A stretch of DNA of 64,000 nucleotides from Hypanus sabinus (taxonomy: Eukaryota). Positions 12,468-24,741 of the stretch are shown piece after piece. Location: the NCBI RefSeq assembly GCF_030144855.1, contig NC_082718.1, positions 23,312,001-23,376,000 on the forward strand. The letters run 5' to 3'. Each line of letters begins with the position of its first letter. Positions within the stretch are counted from its first letter, which is position 1. A program made the position numbers and the translations under genes. The notes below the pieces were generated by a model, which was not told the DNA's origin, searched no databases, and saw nothing but the letters and a program-made list of their open reading frames with translations.

Positions 12468-13391
12468 GTAAGTATATCGTGGCTTTGAAAATACATCCTT
12501 AAAAAATATGAAGTTGGTAGTGTTTTAGCTAAAAGCACATTATGCTGGTCTTTTGGTATAAATGTTTATTAAATTTGATTTCAGTGTTATTTTAGTAGAG
12601 ATATTAGTTTGTCATCCTAAGTGCTTTACTGTACTCTTTAACAAAGTAATAAAATGTGAATAGTTTAAATACTTATTTTCCAGAGTATCACTTTAAGACC
12701 TGTGTTGGGTTTCTTTGATTTCTGCCCTGATATACAGTGCAGAAACAGGATCTTCAGCCCAACTGATTGATGGCAATCAAGGTGCCAACCTGAGCTAGAC
12801 CTATTTGTCTGCATTTGGCCCATGCAAGTTCCTGTGTTGGACAGATATTACTTGTTGGATCGATATTCAGTACATTACGCTCCCCAAATTTAAACTGAAG
12901 ATTGAGTATTCATATTTTCAGAGTGAAGAATTGGGGCGATCTTTAAGATTTCTTACAAAACATTAATTATATATCTGAATGGGCATTGTCGTTATTGAAA
13001 CAAACAAGGACTACCTGTAAAATAATTTTGAGTTAATTTACTCTTTTTTGTAAGGTACAGTTTCACTGATAGTGGTAACAATCTTCAATTACAGTAGGCT
13101 AAAGATTTATATAAGTTGTAAAACCAAATTCAAAAAGTATTGAGTAGTTAGCATATAATTGTATGAGCTGCCAGACTTCTAACTTTCCCATCCACCTGGC
13201 TTCACCTATTACCTTCCAGCTCATCCTCCTTTCTCTCCCTCCACCTTTTCATTCTGCTGTCTGCTTCCTTCCTTTCCAGTTCTGAAGAAAGGTCTTGGCC
13301 CGAATCATTAACTGTTTATTAATTTCCATAGATACTGTCTGACCTGTTGAGTTCTGTGTGTGTATGACCTGGATTTTGTTTTAAATTGCAG

Positions 13392-13535
13392 AAATTATGG
13401 AGATAACCTCCTGTTGATGTTTAAGGAAGTGGGCCGGAAACCACCAACATTTGGTGATGCTTCATTCATTGCTACTGAGCTCCTCAACTCAGGCTTTGAG
13501 TTTGATAAAGGCTCTATTATTTTCAACAGATTTAA
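13392..13535 (+). CDS. ATP5F1C: ATP synthase F1 gamma, exon 5
   Basis: TTGCAG|...AA|GTAAGT, 144 nt. [47 protein letters not shown]. Confidence 0.97.
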
Positions 13536-13604
13536 GTAAGTTTCTCAGAGTGAATGTATAAATGCTATTTTTAAATTTCTGCCTCAAAACCTGTACCTTG
13601 CTTG

Positions 13605-15070
13605 TAGAACAGTACAGAACAGAGGCAGGCCATTTGGCCCACAATGTTTTGCCAAACTAGCTATAAAGCAAGTCAAAAACAACCAGACATTAATCCTCCT
13701 ACCTACACCATGTTCATATCCCTCCATCTTCCTTACCTCCATGCTAAGCTTCTACTAACATATTTGCCTCCACCTCCGTATCAGGTAGCGCATTCCAGAC
13801 ATCTACAACACGGAGTAAAAGAACTTGTCCCTCATATCCCCCTCGAACCTATCCCCTCTCACCTTCTATGGATGCCTTCTGGTATTAGGTATTTCAATCC
13901 AGGGAAACAGATACTCCCTGTCCTCTCTATCTATGTTTCATAATCTTGTAGACCTCTAGCAGTAGTAGCACTGCCTCAACATCTATCATCAAAGATCCCC
14001 ACCTCTCTAGACATACAAACTACTCTCATTTTTCCATCCCCATCCTTCCTTCTAATAGGAACATGCCTTTCCTATACTCTGTGCCATTGATCTTTAAACA
14101 CCCTCCTCATGTCTAATGTGGACTTGCCAGAGAAAAGTTGTTCCCAATTAAAACTTATTGGTTCCTGCCTAATGCTTGCATAATTTGCCCTACTCCAATT
14201 TAAAACTCTTCTCACGAGGACCATGTTATAACCCTTGTTATAGCTATCCTGAAAGTTAAGGAGTTGTGGTCATTGTTGCTTAACTGTTCGTCCACTGAAA
14301 GGTCAGTCATCTGGCCAGGCTCATTACCCAACACCAGGTCCAGTATGGCTCCTCCTCTCATTCGACTGTCCATACAGTATTTTGATTTAAGAGATGTTCC
14401 AGAATACACTTAACAAAATCATGTTTTTATTTTTTAATTCTCCCTGCATTCTCATCAACCTCCTTACTTTCTGCCATTCACCTACACACTAAGAAAGTCC
14501 CAGTTTATATTAGGGAAGTTGAAGTGCCCCCATGACAACAGCCCTATTATTTTTGCACATTTCCTTAATCTGATTGCATGTGTCTCAAATGTCCCCGTGG
14601 CTCTGTAGTACAGTCCCCTCAGTGTGATCGCACCTTTCTTGTTACTGAGTTCCACCCATATGGATTCTGACCCTTACATTGTCTCTCCAAAATGTAGCTG
14701 TGATATTATCTCTAATTACTAGTGTAACCTTACCACCATCTCCTACCTTTTCTAAAACTTCTAAGACCAGAGCCTTAGAATAAAGGGGTGTCCTTTTAGA
14801 ATAGAGATGAGGAATTTCTTTAGCCAGTGAGCAGTGAATCTGTGGAATTCCTTGCCACAGGCAGCTGTGGAGGCCAAGTCTTTATGTATACTTAAGGCAG
14901 AGGTTGATAGATTCTTGATTGATCAGGGCATGAAGGGATATGGGGGCAGCAGGAGGGAAAGCCAGGAGTTTGGGGCTGAGAAAAAAAATGGATCAGTCAT
15001 GAAGAAATGTCAGTAGAGACTTGATGGGTCAAATGGCCTAATTCTGCTCCTGTATCATATGGCCTAATGG
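13605..15070. mobile_element. Cluster of CR1 LINE fragments (minus 13605-14760, plus 14765-15070)
   Basis: Endonuclease motif AILDLVLGNEPG and C-terminal NLWNSLPQAAVEA. Confidence 0.75.
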
Positions 15071-15412
15071 AAAACCTGGTGCATTAATCACCCATTCCTG
15101 CCCCTCTCTCAACTAAGTTTCAGACTGTGTTTGTGAAATTTCACTTCATTGTAACTCAATGCAGGTATCCAATTAGCCTCATAATTGTTACCAGAGCTCT
15201 CCGAGGACTTGCCTTGCTGATAATATTTGCAGGCACATGGCTTGCTTCAATTATATTCAAGAAAAATTCTAACTCACTGTCTCCTTCAGCATCTGAGCAA
15301 TGGGATAATTGGTTTATTATTGTTACAGTGAAAATCATTTGTTTTTGCATGCTAGCCATTCAGATCCTTTCACAAGTAGAAGGGAAAAGCAATAACAGAA
15401 ACTAGTGCATTC

Positions 15413-15450
15413 CAGTCCTGATGAAAGGTCTTGGCTCGAAATATGGACTG
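15413..15450 (+). ncRNA. Degenerate minimal type I hammerhead ribozyme motif in a Penelope-like terminal repeat
   Basis: CAGTC-CTGATGA-AAGGTCTTGGCTC-GAAA-TATG-GACTG. Stem I arms CAGTC/GACTG flank the CUGAUGA and GAAA core; stem III and cleavage-site bases are mutated in this copy. Confidence 0.55.
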
Positions 15451-15904
15451 TTTACTCTTCCATAGATGCTGCCTGGCCAGCTGAGTTCCTTCATTTTATG
15501 TGTGTCACTCTAGACTTCCAGCATCCACAGAATCTCATGTTTGTGGAACAGAAACTGATGTTACAGCGAAAGTGCAGTGCAGGCATGACAAAGTAGGTTG
15601 TGAGGTCAAGAATCAATCTTATATATGGGGTCCACCATACTGTACAAAGTGTCTGAATGTAAAACAAAAAACATTCAGCTCTAACGAGAAAGCATTAACA
15701 TGAAAGCAACATGAGGTTACTCATTCTTATGTACTATTCAAAACTGACTTGTAAGACAGACTATGGTGCTGAACTTGGCCATTGAAGAACCTTTACTTGC
15801 TTTCAGGAACAGGCAATGTCAATGCACTTAGCTAAGCAATCCTCTAAAGATTGCCCATTATTCTTACCTTGAATATTGTCACGATTTAATTATTTTATTT
15901 TTAG

Positions 15905-15969
15905 ATCTGTGATTGCATACAGGACTGAAGCGCAGCCAGTGTTCTCCTTCGACACTCTGTCAGGTTCTG
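15905..15969 (+). CDS. ATP5F1C: ATP synthase F1 gamma, exon 6
   Basis: TTTTAG|...G|GTGAGT, 65 nt. SVIAYRTEAQPVFSFDTLSGS. Confidence 0.95.
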
Positions 15970-16626
15970 GTGAGTAAATGTGCTGCCTACAAAATAATTA
16001 AATGAATTTACTATTACAAGTTTATAAAAAAAAAAATAATTGAAGCGGAGAGAAGAGGCATGATATCTCAATTTGTACTGCATTAAAAAGTCATAGAGTA
16101 TAGAACATTATTGCATGGAACGGTCCCCACAATATAGGATCTTTTAACTTACTCTAAGCTCAGTCTAACCCTTCTCTCCATTTTTCTATTATCATGTGCC
16201 TTTCTAACAGTTTATGTGTATTTGCCTCTTCTACTTCCCCTGGCAGGGCATTCCACACACCCACCACTCTGTTAACCATGACATCCCCCATACCTTAAGA
16301 AATTACGTCCACTCGTATTAGCAATTTTCATCCTGGCAAAAGGTCTCTAGCTATCCACTTGATCTATGCCTAGCCATTTGAGTTTCATATCTATTACTTT
16401 GGCGCAGATTCTGTTGACAAAGCATGTACCATTCTTCCTGTTTAAATTTCAAACTGTTCAGGTCCTGTGTCTCCCATTCTGAATGATTTGTGCTGTGTGA
16501 CTCAGTTTACAGTGAGTAGGTACACATTTATTCCTTTGATTGGTGGAGGCTGACAGTGTGATACCCATAACACGGTCTGTTCATAGGAGTTCTAGAATCG
16601 TTGAGTATTGGAAGAATCGGTAAATA

Positions 16627-17157
16627 CAGGTTTCCCCCGCTATCTGAAGGTATAACACTCCTATGAAACTGTTTGTAAGCAGAAACGTCGTAAAGCGAAG
16701 AAGCAATTACCAATAATTTATATGGAAAAGGTTTTGAGCATTCCCAGACCCAAAAAATAACCTACCAAATCATAACAAATAACACACGAAACCTAAAATA
16801 ACACGAACATATAGTAAAAGCAGGAATGATATGATAATTATACAGCCTATATAAAGTAGAAATATTGTATGTATGGTGTAGTTTCACTTATCAAATTTGG
16901 GAAGACAGCGAGCCAAAATCGATATGGAGAAAAAAAATCGGCATGTACATGTGTGCGCTCGTATATGCATGCGCACACAACTGTCTGCACAAGGCTTCAC
17001 GGTCATGCTAGTCTTTTCAGGGTAAACACAAATAAAGTGGGCGTCTTTTTTCATAAAAGCGAAAATTCTCTATGGTTAGCGAAAACAGGTACTAATATAG
17101 GTCTTTCGTAACCGTGAGTTGTCATAAAGTGAATGTTCGAAAAACAGGGGCCACCTG
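16627..17157 (-). mobile_element. Non-autonomous Tigger-family MITE (MER82-like)
   Basis: TA|CAGGTTTCCCCCGC ... CAGGGGCCACCTG|TA. Shares both ends with 38687-40097. Confidence 0.85.
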
Positions 17158-17870
17158 TATCTATTAGGCCCCTCATTGGGTAATTGATAATATGTTGGAA
17201 ATCGTAATCTTTTCTGATCCTGTGTACTAAGTTGAGATCCCATTAAAAATTGTTGGAATACTGGGTTATCATCTAGGCCCAAGGAAGCATAGGTTATAAG
17301 CTATTAAGAGAGCTAGTCACTCTTTCATGAATCTTCCATGCACCAAGTTTCTTGATGCCAAATGTAAGATGCAGTTCTTTTGAATATCTTTCACAATTTA
17401 GAGAAAGTTTACTTTTTATGATAAATAGTGACCTGTTCATTTGGCAATTATTTCCTTTAAATTTATTAATTTTTAATTATGTATGTTTATGCATAGTGGA
17501 ACTGATTGTTGAATTTCATAATAAAAAGTATTTACAAGAATTAACTATATAATGCCTTTTTATTCTTACATTTATAGCAGTGCATTTCATGTTAAATTAC
17601 ATTATTTAAATCAATAGCAATGTGTCCCCCTGAAGTGGTACATTACTACAACAAATGAGGGGCTTCCTCACCCAGCCCAGCCATGACAAACACATGATCA
17701 TAAAGCCTAAATGTGTTTAATTATACTTAAATTTTGTGTGTTGGGATCCATGAGAGATATATTACACAATGTGGAATATGATGGAAATTTTTTCAGATTA
17801 TGGAGTGTTATTTTACTTGTACGCAGTGGAAATAACCTGGCTATTAACTATATTTTAATTACATTTCTAG

Positions 17871-18026
17871 AGAACATGAGTGTTTATGATGACATTGATG
17901 CTGACGTTCTGCGGAACTACCAAGAGTTCTCTCTGGTGAACATCATTTACTTCGGGTTAAAGGAGTCCACTACAAGTGAGCAGAGTGCCAGGATGACTGC
18001 CATGGATAGTGCCAGCAAGAATGCCG
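17871..18026 (+). CDS. ATP5F1C: ATP synthase F1 gamma, exon 7
   Basis: TTCTAG|...G|GTATGA, 156 nt. [51 protein letters not shown]. Confidence 0.97.
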
Positions 18027-18779
18027 GTATGAAAGTTGCATCAATTTAGATGGTTTAGTTTAACATACTTATCTACTGAAAAGATGAGCTGTTATGGCAA
18101 ATGAAGATTCACATTCCGGGTACCTGGTGTGCAGCAAATTAACCGTTCTGGACAGGTGACATAAGGAGCATTACAATTCATCCTGAGGTTCCTGGATTTA
18201 AAAAGAAGAAACAAGCTGTCCTTTTTGATTCAGTAATTTGTGAACATTCTGAGAGGGCATGGGTTAGGGCGGACCATGATTGACTAGTGATTTGTGCAGT
18301 CTGAATGCCTGCATGACCTTTGTATGACACAAAAAAGCAGGCAGAGCCAACACAGACATATCCAAGAAAAAAAAAATCTGTACCTTCAGAAGCATTGAAA
18401 GTTAATTCTGGTGAAGAGGGAGAGTATCTTTCTGACCTTGCCGTGTTCATACTGCTTTGTGACAAGAAAGACTTGGATCTCCTCAGTAGAATGGAGTTTC
18501 TGAAGAAGTAGGTTGGAGGATGATTCTAGTCTTGCATCTCATGGTGGTTTGGATTGCTTTTCTTTTGTTCCACATGTTGACTGTGTTGTGTTAAGGTAGA
18601 TATTCATTTTGTTTCTAAACTTTTCTAAATTGTGTATTTAAATTTGAGAAGTCCAATATAAGTCCAAAATATTCCTGTACTACTTATTCTCATTGGGCAT
18701 CTCTAACTGTGCCCAATCATTGCTGTCCAATGCAATCCTGCATCCAAGTTCAGCATTGCATTCATTCTTTAACACCAGA

Positions 18780-19060
18780 GTGCCGTGGTAGCGTAGCAGT
18801 TAGTGCGACGCTATTACAGCTCAGGACATCAGAGTTTCAAGTTCAATCCCAGCATTCTTGGTAAGGAGTCTGTATATCCTCTCCATGGAATGCATGGGTT
18901 TTCTCTGGAAGCTCCGGTTTCCTCCCACAGTCCAAAGATGTACCGATAGGTTAATTGATCATTGTAAGTTCTGTGATTAGGTTGGGTTTAATCAGAGGTT
19001 GCTGGGTATCACAGCTTGAAGGGCCAGAAGGGCCTATTCAATGCTGTAGCTCTAAATAAA
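18780..19060 (+). mobile_element. tRNA-derived V-SINE
   Basis: Head GTGGTAGCGTAGCAGTTAG...GTTCAATCCC, V-domain, and tail GGGCCAGAAGGGCC...CTCTAAATAAA. Confidence 0.75.
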
Positions 19061-19929
19061 TATGTATGATGTTATATTTCAAAATAGGCTGGTTCAACTG
19101 TCAAAACTCTGGTACCCTGGGTTATATCTTTGAAGATTGTTATCCCTTGACCCCACCTTACTCTACAATTACTCCTCTCCTCCCTGTCCCCTCCACATGC
19201 TTTGCCTCTGTAATTCTGAGTAGAGGAGAGGTACTTGTCACCAGGATGGGAAACTTGGAGGAATGAAAAGCCATCTATTCAACTCTTAGAACCCTTGCGC
19301 TTTTAATCTGCCTCACCGCCTTCACGCAGTAGTTTAATCTGGCATTTTATCTATCTCCTTGTCCTGCAGCTTGGATGAGATGTGTTTGCAAATGATCATT
19401 TGTCTCAAATGTTGACTTTCCAGAGAGGGGTAATGTTTGAACAGATTTAATGTGAAAGCAAATAGTTTCAAGTAACTTGTCACTGTTGGTTGATAAGTGT
19501 TTTTTTTAATATAAAATGCAGAATATAAGGCAGCATGTAACAGTTTGTGCATTGCTATACGTGCCAGCAATCACCAATCAGGGTTCAAGTTCATGCTAAT
19601 GTTTGTAAGTTTGAACAGTCAGCCCATGATCCCATGAGTTTCTACCATATTCTAAAGTGTACATTTAGAGTTAGTAAGTTGTATGCATACTGTGTTGTCA
19701 ATGGAAGTATGACAACATTCGTGGACTACCTGCACAATCCTCCCTGATTTGATTTGACATCAATGATACATTTCACTGTATGTTTCAATGTACATGTGAT
19801 AAAGTTAATCTTTTAATTTTATCTTTGAATATTATTTATTGTAAAAAAAAAGCAGAGTTCCAAATGTTGGATAATGAATTGATAAAGGGATAAAGGAAAT
19901 AATGTGACCTATTATATTCTTTATTTTAG

Positions 19930-20026
19930 CTGAAATCATTGACAAGCTAACATTGACATACAACCGCACTCGCCAGGCTGTCATTACCAAGGAACTTATT
20001 GAGATTATCTCTGGTGCTGCTGCTCT
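19930..20026 (+). CDS. ATP5F1C: ATP synthase F1 gamma, exon 8
   Basis: TTTTAG|...CT|GTAAGT, 97 nt. [31 protein letters not shown](L), the gamma-subunit C-terminal signature. Confidence 0.97.
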
Positions 20027-21716
20027 GTAAGTATTGTGCTGAACATGGTTGTGAATTATTGTATAGTGGAAAAAAATAATAAACTAAAGAACCAAGAAGA
20101 AATATATACTGAAAAATCAAATCAAGGCTGTAGGTCAAATCTAGATCCTAGAATGTAAAGGTTTTATTTCAGAATAATTAAATTAAATTTTAGGCCACGA
20201 ACTTTGTTAGACCTTGATTGTCTTAAATACCTCAGGCCTTGCAAAATAATTATTGTCGTATAAGTCAGATAGTCGTAGCCACTTCATTAGCCAGTTAGGT
20301 CATTAAAAAAAAAATCAAACTTACGTTGCATTACAGTAAAATAATGGCAACTATTTTTGGTCCAAAGTGAGTGTATTTTAACTCTTCCATAAGATTACAG
20401 AAATTTACGATAAAAATGTACAGCCAGAAATTTCACTTAATGGAATTTGTGTTTTTCTTGCAAGAACCAAGAACCACCATTGTGCCACTACCTGCAGGAA
20501 GTCAGCAGGTCAGGCAGCATCAGGCAGATCTCGACTACCCAGTTGACGATTTGGTCCAAGACTCTTGGTCAGGACTGGAAAGGAAGAGTGAATACATCAA
20601 AATAAAAAGCTCTTCTTACCCCTCCTCCACCTTTTTATTCTGGCATGTTCTCCCTTCCTTTCCAGTATTGGCAAAGGATGTCGACCAGAATCATCGACTG
20701 TTCATTTATTTCATAGATGTTGCCTGATCTGTTGAATTCCTCCAGCACTTTGTGCATATTGCTCTGGATTTTCAGCATTTGCAGAATCTCTTGTGTTTAT
20801 ATTTAATACTCCTTTCCAAATGCCTATTTTCTTTGAAACAAGAATTTGCAACTTAAGATTGTTTTGTGCCTGGGATTCCAGGCACAAAATAATTTCTACA
20901 ATGTTCTTTTTGTGGCTGATTTCTCTCTCTCTCTCTCTTTTCACATTCTCTTGTGTTCTTCGGAAGAAATGTTCTTAGAACACCTTTCATAATCTTGAAT
21001 GTTTTGATCATGTAGGAATTCTGCTTCTCAGTCTATTTAAATTTTACCAATTAAGTTGCTTTCCCTTTCCTCGTCTCAGATATATTCACATTTACACAAT
21101 TAATTGAATCCGGCATCTAACTCTATTTTACATCATTCTTAGTAGTTTACCTTGGTGTGTGTCTGCTTATTATGTGCCCCCATCTGGTTATGTTAACTCT
21201 ATATGTTAATTCATCACTTGAGATTTGTGTGGCATTCAATTACATTCAGTTAAAGGTTATTTGTACCTTATTATAATTATGCTGAATGAACACTGCTGCG
21301 ATTAAATTACACACCTAGATATAATACCCTAATTAAATTGCTTATCATGAACCTTGCATTGTCTGTCCTCTATCGCAATGGACAGGTTCATTTGATGACA
21401 GTGTATTTTAAGTGAGCCTTCTCACTCCTGGGCCCTGGTGCCTGCTGCTAGACTCTCAACTACCCTATTCCAGATCTACTTGTTTCTGCGGCAGACCCCC
21501 CCCCCCAAACCAAACTAATCAATTCCTATAGAAATTGAAACAACCAATTTCAGTGCACCAAGAGATGCACTGAAGAAAAGGTAGTTATTGTAATTAATGC
21601 AATGTAAATATTATTTTTGAGCTGTTTTGTCTGCATCTTCAATTTTCGTAGAGCTTTGCACACCGCGTTTAGTATCTCCTACTTTGAGCTTAATTTAGCT
21701 ATTGTCACAACTGCAT

Positions 21717-21722
21717 TGCATG
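21717..21722 (+). promoter_or_regulatory. TGCATG Rbfox-type splicing element upstream of the cassette exon
   Basis: Exact hexamer about 48 nt upstream of the candidate exon 9 acceptor, the position associated with exon repression. Confidence 0.6.
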
Positions 21723-21769
21723 TATAACTTCATGAATCATTACTGTTTTTTTGTTTCTATGATTTCAAG

Positions 21770-21779
21770 GAGTTTTTAA
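21770..21779 (+). CDS. ATP5F1C: ATP synthase F1 gamma, coding part of alternative cassette exon 9 (exon 21770-21806, 37 nt)
   Basis: Polypyrimidine tract and TTTCAAG|G AGT TTT TAA ... CATAGAG|GTAATG. Gives the C-terminus AAALSF* (294 aa). Confidence 0.75.
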
Positions 21780-22181
21780 ACTTGTAGCAACATATAATCC
21801 ATAGAGGTAATGGTTTATTCTTGCTAATTGTTATTTTTAGTACACCTAAAAGAAAAAAACCTGCTGTGTTAATTATACAATTGGTAGTAATGTGTGTGAT
21901 AGTTATGCTTCTAGGAATTCAAGCTATGGTAGATAGAAAAAGAATAATCAAACTTTATTACAATTGTAGTTGTAAATTAATTAGCAGTGCAATTAGAAGT
22001 GCTAAGGCACAAAAGGCAGATCACATTTTGGATGGTAAAATAAATATTTATTTTAAATGGTATTGAAGTGATTAAATTTTTGATCTGCCTAGACTGGGGG
22101 GGGGAAGCTATAAAGTTTGAAAACACATTTTGTCTTCAGGCAGGAAATAATCTTACGAGGTTTGCATTGTTGAATTTTCAG

Positions 22182-22185
22182 GTAA
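22182..22185 (+). CDS. ATP5F1C: ATP synthase F1 gamma, terminal exon coding part (exon 9-skipped isoform)
   Basis: TTTTCAG|G TAA completes CTG (Leu) plus stop. Spliced CDS is 879 nt = 292 aa. Confidence 0.85.
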
Positions 22186-22300
22186 CAATGACGATCCGGA
22201 AAGACCTAAATGAAAAAGAATGAAAGCCCCCCTGTTGGAAGATTATGATATGGAATTTCTACTGAATTTGTGGAAATCTAAAGTTTGTAAATTATGATAC

Positions 22301-22306
22301 AATAAA
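22301..22306 (+). terminator. ATP5F1C polyadenylation signal (second AATAAA at 22458-22463)
   Basis: AATAAA about 115 nt after the stop, followed by T-rich downstream sequence. Confidence 0.7.
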
Positions 22307-22879
22307 ACCTGACAGTGAATGACTCATTTTTGTATTATATCTTTCATTGCTAACAGGTAGATAGTTTTCTTTGAGAGTAGCATTACATAAATCATTACCA
22401 AGAGTCTGACTGAGATTAGCCCACTGATTTTTCATGAAACGTAATTGTTGATACCTCAATAAACTGCATTTTTCTTAACACTCATGGTCACTTACTCAGT
22501 GAATCCGTATTTTAGAAGCATGTGCTCAGGGAATACTTGCTTCAAGGAAAATCAAAAGGAAGGATCATTTACCCACATGGTATTCAGGTTGTACGATACC
22601 GGTGGAGGATTCAAAAGAAGTTTTACACTGGTTCTTGGACTCAGTTGTTTAGTTATTTTCACCCATGCTGGAGGTAGTTACAGTACATCCTTTTGGTTAA
22701 AACTGATTTTTTCAAGGACTATTTGTGGCACACATATGGGTGCTCCACAGAGAGAGGGAGTAAGGAAAAGGGGAAACCGGGAGTATGCAATAATCCGCAG
22801 GGAATCAACTGGAGGAAGTCTTAACGTGCGCAGTGAAGTGTGACAGTGGAATCAACTAGAGGAGTCTGCAGCAAATCAG

Positions 22880-24120
22880 AAGCAGTTTTATTATCACTGA
22901 CGTCAAATTTGTTTTACAGCAGTAGTACAGTGCAATACATTAAAAAATAATTACATAAATATTCTAAAAATTAGTGCAAAAAGAAGTAAAAAAGTGAGAT
23001 AGTGTTCATGGATTGGTTCATTGTATCAAAAATATGATGGCATAGGAGAAGAAGCTGCTTCTAAAATAGTAAATGTGTGTTTTCAGGCTCCTGGGCATGT
23101 CCCAGTTGGGGAGAGGTCCTAATGATGGATGCTGCCCTTTTGAGGCATCGCCTTTTGAAGATGTCCTTGATGGTGGGGAGGCTACAATCTATAGGACAAT
23201 GGGAATATAATCAGTATCAGTAAGACAAAGGAGCTGATTGTGGACTTCAGGAAGGGTAAAACGAAGGAACACATACCAATCCTCACAGAGGGATCAGAAG
23301 TGGAGAGAGTGAGCAGCTTCAAGTTCCTGGGCGTCAAGATCTCTGGAATCTAACCTGGTCCTGACATATTGATGTAGTCATAAAGAAGGCAAGACAGTGG
23401 CTATACTTTATTAGGAGTTTGAAGAGATTTGGCATGTCAACAAATCCACTCAAAACTTATATAATTGCACCATGGAGAGCATTCTGACAGCCTGCATCTC
23501 TAAATTACTAAATGGACATTTAATCCTTGGACACTGCCTCACTTTTTTTTTTAAATACATAGTTTTTATGTTTTTTCAACAATTTTTAATCTGTTCAGTA
23601 TATGTATACCGTATAAAATATACTTAAGATTTGTTATTATTTTTTTCTATATTATGTACAGTATTGCATTGACCTGTTGATACTAAGTTAACAAATTTCA
23701 CGTCACATACAGGTGATAATAAATCTGATTCTGATGGATGTCACCTTTTTGGAAGCAATGCCTTGTGAAGATGTTTTCAGTGGTAGAGAGGCTAGTGCCT
23801 ATGAAGGAACTGGCTGAGCTTGCAATCCTCTGCAGCTTTTTCTGACCCTGCGCATTGAATCTCCATACCAGATGGTGATACAACCATTTAGAATGCTCTA
23901 CATGGTACATCTGTAGAAATTTGCTGGAGTCTTTGGTGATGTAACAATTCATCTCAAGCTAATGAAATATAGCTACTGGTGTGCGTTCTTCATAATGACA
24001 TCAATATGTTGGATCCTGGGTAGACCATAAGAGATGTTGATACCTAGAATTTGAAACTGCTCACCCTTTCCACTCTGGCCCCTTGCTGAGGACTAGCGTG
24101 AGTTCTCCCAACTTCTCTTC
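22880..24120. mobile_element. Cluster of Rex1/Babar-type LINE fragments in both orientations
   Basis: KTKELIVDFRK-type coding remnants and family 3' UTRs. Confidence 0.7.
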
Positions 24121-24741
24121 ATTAAGGGTGAGGTCTTATCTGGATTGCTACTCTGGATTCCCTAATGAAGACATTGAAAAGTTTAAGAGAAGGAACAGAA
24201 ATAAATTTGGCAGTAAAGATTATAAATTAAGGATAATAATAGAAAAATCCTCAAGGATAGTGAATATAGGCAAAGAATAATAATGTCTGCTTAACCCATC
24301 TTGACCACCAGCAGAAACTTCAGGCAGCACTATTGCTTTGTTAATGTATACAATTAAATAAACCTGCTCTTTGTACATAAATAAAATACCAGTAGCTCAG
24401 AAAACTGTTGTTAAGCAATCAAGTTACCACAAACTGAACCTTTTTCCCCATTAAATTCTTGGCTGATTAAACTGATTGTTCCTTATTTTTAATTATAGCA
24501 TTCCTCTTTTTCTTTTAATTCTAACAAAGGGTACCTGCAACATTTATGCTTCTAGTGATAAAATTTAAGAAAATGAGCAAAATTACAAATAATTTCATCT
24601 AATCATTTTTTTCCTCCTATATAAAAAAAAGTTGTACTATAGCAACACACAGGCAATTCAATCAGAAACGATTTTGGCACTCTAGTTAAGAACCAAGACC
24701 GAAAGATGATTTCAAGGGCCTTTCAAGTCTGCCCACCATTT

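Noticed and set aside
9858-20026. ATP5F1C substitutions ([25 protein letters not shown]) as adaptive changes
   Set aside because: Conservative changes that cannot be judged without an alignment. Some may be common in fishes.
22801-22868. Direct repeat GGAATCAACT(G/A)GAGGA(A)GTCT
   Set aside because: Only two copies of a local duplication, not an array or CRISPR-like structure.
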